Shown: in pieces, positions 16,996-24,092 of the stretch
Numbering within the stretch: position 1 is the stretch's first letter
Layout of the letters: every line of letters starts with the position of its first letter
Assembly: GCA_024278215.1 (NCBI GenBank)
Contig: JAJRTR010000124.1
Coordinates: forward strand, 62,001 to 86,092
Length of the DNA stretch: 24,092 nt
Source: a bacterium
GTDB taxonomy: Bacteria; UBP15; UBA6099; JAJRTR01
Reading direction: 5' to 3'
Translations under genes and position numbers: made by a program
Notes under the pieces: model-generated
Database searches by the model: none
Seen by the model: the letters and a program-made list of their open reading frames with translations, nothing else
What the model was told of the DNA's origin: nothing

Positions 16996-17577
16996 ATGAG
17001 GAAATTCGTTTGGTTAATCGCAATTATGGCAATAATGTTTACAGGCAGTCTGTTTATGGCAGGTTGCTCGAAGAAATCCGAGCAGCAGGAAGACACATCC
17101 GCAATCGCCGACATCGAGTTCGAGAAGGGACTCGAACTCGCTTCCAGGGGCGATTTCGAGCAAGGGCTGATCCACTTCCAGGAAGCCCTGAAGAATAACG
17201 ACAAGCACTACCGCGCGTGGTGTGGACTGGGGTCCGCCAGCAGGGAACTGAAAAGATATGACGAGGCAATCGAATACAGCCTCAAAGCGATAGAACTCAA
17301 ACCGGATTATGTCGTATGCTACGACAATCTCGGACTCGCCTACGCTTATAAAGGTGCGTATCCTGAAGCTATCAAGTCTTTCGAGAAGGCTATAGAGCTC
17401 GACCCGAAATATGCAGACGCGCATTTCAACCTGGGCCTGCTCTACTATGAAAAACTTGATAAACCCGACCTTGCGATAGCAAGTTTCGAGGAGTTTGTTA
17501 AACTGTCGGACAAAACAGAAAAGGTAGCTCAGGCCAGACAACTAATAGAAGAATTGAAAAGTGAGGATGAGAAATAG
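16996..17577 (+). CDS. TPR-repeat lipoprotein
   Basis: MRKFVWLIAIMAIMFTGSLFMAG-C lipoprotein-type signal peptide; about 4 TPRs (e.g. YDNLGLAYAYKGAYPEAIKSFEKAIELDPKY). Confidence 0.88.
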   Translation: MRKFVWLIAIMAIMFTGSLFMAGCSKKSEQQEDTSAIADIEFEKGLELASRGDFEQGLIHFQEALKNNDKHYRAWCGLGSASRELKRYDEAIEYSLKAIELKPDYVVCYDNLGLAYAYKGAYPEAIKSFEKAIELDPKYADAHFNLGLLYYEKLDKPDLAIASFEEFVKLSDKTEKVAQARQLIEELKSEDEK

Positions 17578-17627
17578 GTGATATGTCCCCGAAAGGAAAT
17601 AAATAATATCTGAATGGAGAGACCGGT

Positions 17628-19103
17628 ATGCCAAGCGACGACATCCTTGAAGAACAGATTTTGAGAGACCTGGAAGGGATTGACCTGGATGACCACGATA
17701 TTGTGAAAGAAGGAGATTCCGGCAGCGATCCGATTGTGATCAAAGTTGCAGACGACCAGATGAAAGCCTACGCGAATGTCCAGCCGCCGCTGGATTCCGG
17801 GCAGGACCTGGGCCGCGACGATGTCCTGGCCGAGCTTAAAAAGAACAATGTCACCTACGGAATCGACGACGAGGCCATCGATGAAATATTCTCTTACGGC
17901 ACCTACAATATCGATGTCGTTGTCGCAAAAGGCACACTGCCCACGAATGGAACACCATCCAGGATCGAGTATAAATTCGACACTTCGAATGAGAAAAAAG
18001 TCGAACTCAAAGAGGACGAACACGGCAATGTCGACCACAAGAGTGTAGGCCGTATCACAAGTGTGGAAGAAGGAGAACTGCTCGCCGTGAAGATTCCGGC
18101 CGTTCCCGGCGAAAAGGGCATGACAGTGACCGCGAAAGAACTGCCGGCCAAAGAAGGCACGGACCTCGCGCTGCCACTCGGCGAAAATGTCACAGCTACA
18201 GACGATGGTCTCGGCATCGTAGCCGCGATAACCGGACAACCTTTCATCAGAGATAACAGGGTTTCGGTAAGCCCTGTGTATAAAGTCAATGGCGATGTCA
18301 ACTACAAGTCGGGCAATATCGATTTCAAAGGTACTGTGATTGTCACGGGCAACGTGAACAGCGACTTCGAGGTCAAGGCCACAACCGACATCGAGATACA
18401 CGGAAATATCGAAAAAGCCTTCATAAGCGCCGGCGGCGACGTTCGCATCAAGGGCGGCCTCTACGGTGCGAACGAGGGAAAGATCACCGCAGGCGGCGAC
18501 ATCTCCATCCGTTCCGTTGATGCCGGAATACTCGAGGCAGGCGGCAACATCACTATCGGCCAGCAAGCGCGCATGAGCACCCTGATGGCGGGCAAGGACA
18601 TCATCCTCAACAACCCGAAGGGCAGCATCGTGGGCGGCAAGGCGACTGCTGCTCACCATTTCATCGTTTCAAATCTCGGTTCGACTTCTTTCACTGATAC
18701 GATAATCGAGATCGGCATCAACCCGAAACTCAAAAAGGCACACGAGGAACTCGAAAAGCGCATCGAGGAAAGAAAAGATCGCTACTCGACAATCACTACC
18801 CACATAAAAACAATAAAAGAAAAACAGAAACAGGGGATGGACCCCGCCAAATCTAAAGCAATGCTTGCAAAACTTGTCCCGGTCTATCACAAGCTACGCG
18901 CCGGACTCGAGGATGATCTTAAGAAACTTAAGTACCTCGATGCTAAACTCGGCGAACTTACGGGCGGCAAGGCAAGGGTCAAGGGCACTACATACCCAAG
19001 AGTCAAAATATGTGGCCTCATAGCGAATTTCAGTGTGCAGAAAGAAATCAATTTCTCCAGTTTCTACGAACAGAACGATCAGATTATCGTTGGCCCATAT
19101 TGA
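17628..19103 (+). CDS. FapA / DUF342 family protein
   Basis: N-terminal DQMKAY...VTYGID...VVAKG pattern, VNGDVNYKSGNIDFKGTVIVTGNV beta-solenoid repeats, SIVGG, IEIG, C-terminal coiled coil then GTTYPRVKI; GGAG RBS. Confidence 0.88.
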   Translation: MPSDDILEEQILRDLEGIDLDDHDIVKEGDSGSDPIVIKVADDQMKAYANVQPPLDSGQDLGRDDVLAELKKNNVTYGIDDEAIDEIFSYGTYNIDVVVAKGTLPTNGTPSRIEYKFDTSNEKKVELKEDEHGNVDHKSVGRITSVEEGELLAVKIPAVPGEKGMTVTAKELPAKEGTDLALPLGENVTATDDGLGIVAAITGQPFIRDNRVSVSPVYKVNGDVNYKSGNIDFKGTVIVTGNVNSDFEVKATTDIEIHGNIEKAFISAGGDVRIKGGLYGANEGKITAGGDISIRSVDAGILEAGGNITIGQQARMSTLMAGKDIILNNPKGSIVGGKATAAHHFIVSNLGSTSFTDTIIEIGINPKLKKAHEELEKRIEERKDRYSTITTHIKTIKEKQKQGMDPAKSKAMLAKLVPVYHKLRAGLEDDLKKLKYLDAKLGELTGGKARVKGTTYPRVKICGLIANFSVQKEINFSSFYEQNDQIIVGPY

Positions 19104-19136
19104 TGGCTGAATTCTCAGAAAGGCGGTCCTGAATTT

Positions 19137-19796
19137 ATGGCGGAAAACGAAAAAAAGAAGAAGTATACTATAGTGGACAAACGCGGTTCTTTCGACGACG
19201 AACCGGAAAAAAAACCCGGTACTGAAGAACCGGCCACCGGGGACATACCCGGCGATGACGAGCCGAAGACAACCCGGCAGACAGACACCGGGGACCGTCA
19301 GAAAGAGTCCGACACGTCTTCAGAAGAAGCGCCCCGGAAAGAAATTCGGATAAATGATGCAATGCGTTTTGCGATGAATCTGCTGCGCGAAAGAGCCCTT
19401 CTCTCGCTCGGTCTGGTTATCTCGAAAGACAGGCCGAAAGAACCGGATATGGAACAGGTGAAGAAGATTTCAGAGCTATTCGGAAAACTCGCCGACTCTT
19501 TTTGCGACGAACTCGGCAGAGACGATTACTCTGAAACATCGGACCGGATACCACCTTTCGAGGAAACGCTCGGACTCTGTTTCAATATGCTCCAGAGCCA
19601 GATTTTTATGCACATCGGCCTCGTCGCGAATCCCGTGACCGGCCTCATCTCGAAGGACATGGCACAGGCGAAATCCGGTATCGATTTTTTCGCCGCTCTG
19701 CTGGATAACTCAAGGGAGATTCTCCCGCAGAAGGAGACGAGGAAGCTGGATGCCGCCCTTTCCGATCTTCGCGTCAATTACGTCAATCAGTCTTAG
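19137..19796 (+). CDS. DUF1844-domain protein (apparently with a second degenerate copy)
   Basis: C-terminal IGLVANPVTG...DMAQAKSGIDFF...LDAALSDLRVNYV matches the DUF1844 pattern; N-terminal YTIVDKR followed by an acidic linker. Confidence 0.75.
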   Translation: MAENEKKKKYTIVDKRGSFDDEPEKKPGTEEPATGDIPGDDEPKTTRQTDTGDRQKESDTSSEEAPRKEIRINDAMRFAMNLLRERALLSLGLVISKDRPKEPDMEQVKKISELFGKLADSFCDELGRDDYSETSDRIPPFEETLGLCFNMLQSQIFMHIGLVANPVTGLISKDMAQAKSGIDFFAALLDNSREILPQKETRKLDAALSDLRVNYVNQS

Positions 19797-19851
19797 GCTC
19801 TTAAGGGAAATCTCGCGACAACGCATTGTCGCCAGGCAGATAAAAACTTAT

Positions 19852-19891
19852 GTGTGCCGTGCTCACAACTATAGATCGTGTGCCGTGCTCA
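19852..19891. repeat. 14-bp direct repeat GTGTGCCGTGCTCA x2
   Basis: Exact copies at 19852-19865 and 19878-19891 (26-bp period) in intergenic DNA. Confidence 0.85.
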
Positions 19892-20044
19892 AACCGCTTT
19901 TGTTTGGACACGAAAATGTGACCTTTTGGTACCGGTTAAGCCGGGCCAGGTACCGCTGAGAAATAAGAAATTCTTGTTTCAGTGCCGTCGTGTTTTGAAG
20001 CACGGTGCAGAATTAAGCGGCAACTTCTTTCGGAGAGATACTTT

Positions 20045-22042
20045 TTGTTCGTACACATTGTCAAAGATTTCATGAGAAAACTCGAGGACGTCGAAAAACG
20101 ACTGGATATTTCTCTGGACCGTGACGAGATACAAACGCTCGGTCTGAAACTCAGGTTCTACTTCAATGAAACCCGGCATTACAAGAAACTCCTCAACGAG
20201 GTCCAGCAAAGAATCATCGAAATACAGAATAAGTTCGGGTTCGTGCCGGAAGAAGTTCAGGAAGAAATAATACCTGAACCACCACCCCCGCCAAAACCCG
20301 AACCAATAACTGAACAGGCCAGGGAAGCGCAGGAGAGCGAACTTGTGGGTCTTGTGTCCGACTGGCTCATAAAGCTTGAAGAATCGGGTGTCGATCCCAG
20401 GAAGGTTCTCCAGACCGCCGGCGCACCCATTAAAGTTCATACATCACCCGGGGACCGCGAAGATACTTTTGAAACTTCGAAACCGAAGGAACCTGTCATC
20501 GGCTTCGAGCACGCCGACAACGAAACGGCCGGTATCGAATCCCTCGGGCGAACTCAGGCAGCCGACCACCCGGCACCGGCACCCGTGAAGAAGCCGCGGC
20601 ACGAGGAAAAAACTACAGAACTTAAATCGCCTCTGTCCCGCTTCACACCGCCCACATCGGCCAAAAATGTTTCCCAATTGTATCGCAAGTCTTTCGGCGA
20701 CAACGATCAACCTGTTGCGCCGGTGCCTGAAAACACTCCTGCTGAATCCGATCATAGCAAAACTCCTGTCGCGCCTGATTCCGCGAAGGAATCCTTTGAT
20801 CCTGCGGGTGCCACGGAAAAAGATGTCGCCACGCAGAGCGAATCGCAGGATATGGAATCGGCTGGGAACGGCATGGGCGAGGATGAAAAAGACGACTACT
20901 GGGTGAGGCTCCCCGAACGTGCCGAAGAAGAGCCCGAAGCCATCTCCATCGCGGAACTCGTTACCGGGAAAAGAGTCCGGGGCGACACTATTGAAAGTGT
21001 TTCTTACCAGACAAACAAACCGGAGGCCCTGCCCGCAAACACCGACGAAGTCGGCACTCCTATCGATTTTGAAATTGCTTCGAGCAGTAGTGATGTACAG
21101 GGGGAAAGCGGTTCCATTTTCGCTGAAACCGGGGCCGCTGCCGGAAGCACGACAGATTCAATCCATATAGATACACCACAGAAACCCAGAGCCTTGAAAG
21201 ATAAACTCTGGGCATGGCGCGACAGGTTACTGGCACGTGAGGAACCCGAAGGTTTCGTCATTGCTGAAATGAGAAAAACACGCAGCAGACAGGAAAGTGA
21301 AGTCGAGGAATGGATTGATAATCTGGCGAGTGGCGAAGGAGACAAACTCTTAAAAGACGACCGGAGCGGAATCCTGTCGTTCTGCGCAGGTTTCTTCGCC
21401 GCCGGACTCGGCAGGATGGGCGCTGCTGTCAACCGGCTCGAGGAAGCAAGGGCCAAATCTCCCCAGTTGGCCGAGTGCTATGTGCTGCTTGGCGACCTCT
21501 ATTTCAACAAGTCCTTTTATAGCCGTGCTCTCGAATCGTACCGGGAGGCTGAAGACAAAACCGGACCGTCGCAGCGGGCTGGCATCGGGATTATCAGGTG
21601 CCTCGCAGAGCTTAAGAGACCTGATGATCTGATAAACGAACTGGAATCGAGAGAATTCGAGAAAAGAGAACTCCGGTATGAAGCGCTCCTGAAAAAAGCC
21701 GGCGCACTGGCGGGAATAAACAAGACCGCGGAGGCAGCCGGTATGCTCGAAGGTCTCATGGAAACTACCGAATCCGATAAGTGGCGCTCGATATTCGCCC
21801 TGAAACTTGCCCAGATAAAAAAAACCGGCAACGATATCGTTTCTGCAATAAAATATTTCGAGAAATGTATCGAACTCGACTCCTCCAACAAACAGGCCCA
21901 GTTCGAACTCGGCGCTCTTTATCTCGACCACAACGCGATCCCTCTCGCCCGAAATCAACTGCTCACCCTTATTAAAAAATTCCCGGAAAGCTCATGGGCC
22001 GACCAGGCAAGGGACTTACTCTTCAAGAAAGGAGTTCTCTGA
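20045..22042 (+). CDS. Large protein: N-terminal helical region, long disordered acidic/Pro linker, C-terminal TPRs
   Basis: Long ORF. C-terminal TPR-like repeats (YVLLGDLYFNKSFYSRALESY; AIKYFEKCIELDSSN; QFELGALY...LIKKFPESSWADQAR). Start uncertain: TTG 20045 (GGAGAG 7 nt upstream), ATG 20072 or GTG 19982. Confidence 0.8.
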   Translation: MFVHIVKDFMRKLEDVEKRLDISLDRDEIQTLGLKLRFYFNETRHYKKLLNEVQQRIIEIQNKFGFVPEEVQEEIIPEPPPPPKPEPITEQAREAQESELVGLVSDWLIKLEESGVDPRKVLQTAGAPIKVHTSPGDREDTFETSKPKEPVIGFEHADNETAGIESLGRTQAADHPAPAPVKKPRHEEKTTELKSPLSRFTPPTSAKNVSQLYRKSFGDNDQPVAPVPENTPAESDHSKTPVAPDSAKESFDPAGATEKDVATQSESQDMESAGNGMGEDEKDDYWVRLPERAEEEPEAISIAELVTGKRVRGDTIESVSYQTNKPEALPANTDEVGTPIDFEIASSSSDVQGESGSIFAETGAAAGSTTDSIHIDTPQKPRALKDKLWAWRDRLLAREEPEGFVIAEMRKTRSRQESEVEEWIDNLASGEGDKLLKDDRSGILSFCAGFFAAGLGRMGAAVNRLEEARAKSPQLAECYVLLGDLYFNKSFYSRALESYREAEDKTGPSQRAGIGIIRCLAELKRPDDLINELESREFEKRELRYEALLKKAGALAGINKTAEAAGMLEGLMETTESDKWRSIFALKLAQIKKTGNDIVSAIKYFEKCIELDSSNKQAQFELGALYLDHNAIPLARNQLLTLIKKFPESSWADQARDLLFKKGVL

Positions 22043-22045
22043 TTC

Positions 22046-22867
22046 TTGAAAAAGAACCTGCGGCTCACCGCCACTTCGAACGGACTCCTTATCATGCAGC
22101 CGGAAATTTCAGAGCTCGGATCAGATACCGTCACGGCGGCTTTCACAACACGTGTCGCACTCGGCAACACCGGCCCGGGTTTTGTTAATTACGGTTTCAA
22201 CGGAAGCCTGCCGGACGCGCGCGAGACTCGAAAAAAGTTGTGCGAGTCTCTTTCTCTTTCTTTCGGCTGTCTTACCGTCGGCAACCAGGTACATGAATCC
22301 AGTGTTGCCGTTGTCGGGAAAGAACTGGCGGGGAGCGGTGCCGGAGAGCCGGAGACCCGAATTCCCGCTACAGATGCCCTTGTAACGGCGGTGCCGGGTG
22401 TTGCTCTCGCGGTGTTGACGGCTGATTGCCTGCCGGTACTGCTGTACGATTGCAAGCGTGGCTGTGTCGGCGCGGCACATGCGGGATGGCGCGGTATCGT
22501 CGGGGGAGTTCTCGAAAACACTGCCGCGGAAATGAACTCGTCTTTCGGTGCCGGGCTCGAAAACATCCACGCAATTATCGGACCGTCAATAGGCCCCTGC
22601 TGCTTTGAAATAAAAAAGGATGTCGCCGACACGCTTACACCGGAGGAGGCAGAACACGTATCAATACGGGATGATCGGATTTTCCTCGATCTGTGGAAAC
22701 TTGCGGAGATGAAACTTGTCGATGCCGGCTTGAAAAAAGATTCGCTGCATTTTACAGAAGTTTGCACTTGCTGCACAACCGGTCTGTTCTATTCCCACAG
22801 GGGAGACACAAATATTCGCGGATCGAATCTTTCCCTGATTGCTCTGCGAAAAGATGCCGACATGTAA
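22046..22867 (+). CDS. pgeF: Peptidoglycan editing factor PgeF / YfiH laccase-domain family protein
   Basis: AFTTR, NQVH, DALVT, LTADCLPVLL, HAGWRG, IGPSIGPCCFE, CTCC...FYSHR. Confidence 0.93.
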   Translation: MKKNLRLTATSNGLLIMQPEISELGSDTVTAAFTTRVALGNTGPGFVNYGFNGSLPDARETRKKLCESLSLSFGCLTVGNQVHESSVAVVGKELAGSGAGEPETRIPATDALVTAVPGVALAVLTADCLPVLLYDCKRGCVGAAHAGWRGIVGGVLENTAAEMNSSFGAGLENIHAIIGPSIGPCCFEIKKDVADTLTPEEAEHVSIRDDRIFLDLWKLAEMKLVDAGLKKDSLHFTEVCTCCTTGLFYSHRGDTNIRGSNLSLIALRKDADM

Positions 22868-22907
22868 TTATATCGTGGCGGATCATGCGAAGACAACGCC
22901 TTAACAT

Positions 22908-22936
22908 TTGATTCATAAATATATATGTATTATTTT
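22908..22936 (+). promoter_or_regulatory. Possible promoter for the zinc-ribbon gene
   Basis: TTGATT (22908-22913), 17 bp, TATTTT (22931-22936) within an AT-rich patch. Confidence 0.3.
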
Positions 22937-23003
22937 ATAAGTGAAAATTCGCAACACATTGAATCCTGCTATCAGCAGTCGGCTGCTGAGAAGGTGAAAA
23001 AAT

Positions 23004-24092
23004 ATGCCTGAAATGATATGTCCTTATTGCCGCAATATGTACCCGGAGGATTTTAAATGGTGCATGGAAGACGGCAGCGAACTCGAACAGAATCTCGGGC
23101 AATATGACGAGGGCACTGAAGATTCGATGAAGGTTCCCTGCCCTGAATGCAACGAACCTGTAGATGTCAGGGACGTTTTCTGTGGCTCCTGCGGGGCCAA
23201 GCTCGAGGGGCGGCTGCCCATACCGGAACCTGTGGCGGAACCGGATTACGAAGAACCCGCCGCTTACGACAGCGAACCTGCCTATACCGATGCGCCTCCT
23301 GTCCCGGAACCTGCGGCGGAACCGGAACAACAGGGTCCCACACGCTCGTGTCCGAAATGCGGCAGCGATGTAGGTTTTGACGACACTATTTGCAACGTAT
23401 GCGGCGCGGAATTCGAAGCTGTAGGTCCCGACCCAACTATGGACAGCATGTTCGGCAGAGCATGCCCGCATTGCGCCGGCCCGCTCGACCCCGAAGACAC
23501 CTTTTGCGGCAGTTGCGGCATGGCTGTCGAACCTGAATCTCCAGCAACGGAAACCGGCGAACCGACACCGGCGCCAACCACCTCCTGCCCAAACTGCGGC
23601 ATGGACACCGAACCCGGCGACACTTTCTGCGGCACATGCGGCTTCAATCTCCAGGACTCGCCTCCGAGCACAACTCCACAACCCGCTCCCGATGTGCAGA
23701 CACAGGAACCGACCTCACAGGCGACTCCCACTACAGCCACCGAGGAAACCGCCACGGCGTCAACAGCGCCAACCACCACCTGCCCAAACTGCGGCATGGA
23801 CACCGAACCCGGCGATACTTTCTGCGGCACATGCGGCTTCAATCTCCAGGACTCGCCTCCGAGCACAACGCCACAACCCGCTCCCGATGTGCAGGCACAG
23901 GAACCGACCTCACAGGCGACTCCCACTACAGCCACCGAGGAAACCGCCACGGCGTCAACCGCGCCAACCACCGCCTGCCCCAACTGCGGCATGGACACCG
24001 AACCCGGCGATACTTTCTGCGGCACATGCGGCTTCAATCTCCAGGACTCGCCTCCGAGCACAACTCCACAACCCGCTCCCGATGTGCAGACA
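23004..24092 (+). CDS. Multi zinc-ribbon (double-zinc-ribbon-like) repeat protein, 3' end outside the window
   Basis: Translated by hand; absent from the ORF track because no stop codon occurs before the end. ATG 23004 after AAGGTG; MPEMICPYCRNMYPEDFKWCMEDG...CPEC-CGSC...CPKC-CNVC...CPHC-CGSC, then 3x CPNCGMDTEPGDTFCGTCG; open for 363 codons. Confidence 0.88.
   Translation, partial: MPEMICPYCRNMYPEDFKWCMEDGSELEQNLGQYDEGTEDSMKVPCPECNEPVDVRDVFCGSCGAKLEGRLPIPEPVAEPDYEEPAAYDSEPAYTDAPPVPEPAAEPEQQGPTRSCPKCGSDVGFDDTICNVCGAEFEAVGPDPTMDSMFGRACPHCAGPLDPEDTFCGSCGMAVEPESPATETGEPTPAPTTSCPNCGMDTEPGDTFCGTCGFNLQDSPPSTTPQPAPDVQTQEPTSQATPTTATEETATASTAPTTTCPNCGMDTEPGDTFCGTCGFNLQDSPPSTTPQPAPDVQAQEPTSQATPTTATEETATASTAPTTACPNCGMDTEPGDTFCGTCGFNLQDSPPSTTPQPAPDVQT
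23571..24092 (+). repeat. 195-bp in-frame tandem repeat, about 2.7 copies, truncated by the window end
   Basis: Units start with GCGCCAACCACC at 23571, 23766 and 23961. Copies 1 and 2 differ at 5 of 195 positions by my comparison. Each unit encodes 65 aa. Confidence 0.95.

Noticed and set aside
19850..19981. Upstream extension of the large TPR gene by stop-codon readthrough from ATG 19850
   Set aside because: The frame hits TGA and then TAA stops before 19982, so a single recoding event cannot join them.
19940..19990. TPP riboswitch suggested by GCTGAGA
   Set aside because: The downstream conserved elements (CCTGA..., TAAT.C..GCG.AGG) are absent, and the adjacent genes are unrelated to thiamine.
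22899..22940. dif site in the AT-rich patch (also considered 15860-15890)
   Set aside because: Only partial resemblance to the XerD arm TTATGTTAAAT and no proper 11-6-11 layout; better explained as promoter DNA.
22935..24061. Minus-strand ORFs 22935..23681 and 23282..24061
   Set aside because: Antisense shadows of the plus-strand zinc-ribbon gene, which has an RBS and coherent CxxC motifs.
23571..24092. Repeat as a CRISPR array or DGR template/variable pair
   Set aside because: Units are contiguous 195-bp in-frame copies with no unique spacers. Differences are not confined to adenines, and no cas or reverse transcriptase gene is in the window.

Overview
This is a core-genome region of an unidentified bacterium (moderately GC-rich) with partly Firmicute-like gene neighbourhoods. 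From left to right: a secreted SpoIVB-like S55 peptidase; purE-purB-purC-purF; two tandem PilT-family ATPases; a convergent metG; a family-4 uracil-DNA glycosylase with yggT-divIVA-DUF167 and a membrane protein; rpmB divergent from a DAK2/FakA gene; a co-directional run of TPR, TPR-lipoprotein, FapA(DUF342), DUF1844, large TPR and pgeF genes; and a multi-zinc-ribbon gene absent from the supplied ORF track, which runs off the window inside a near-perfect 195-bp tandem repeat. I found no CRISPR array, tRNA/rRNA, mobile element or recognisable defence system, and no clearly new multi-gene system. The best leads are: (1) a full-length PurC with many normally invariant active-site residues replaced (possible pseudoenzyme or changed function); (2) a PilT paralogue with a ~100-aa Pro/Gln-rich extension beside a canonical PilT; (3) the expanding zinc-ribbon repeat protein; (4) a tandem DUF1844 protein; (5) several long, structured intergenic leaders. 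Family assignments come from motif recognition only; no database searches were run.
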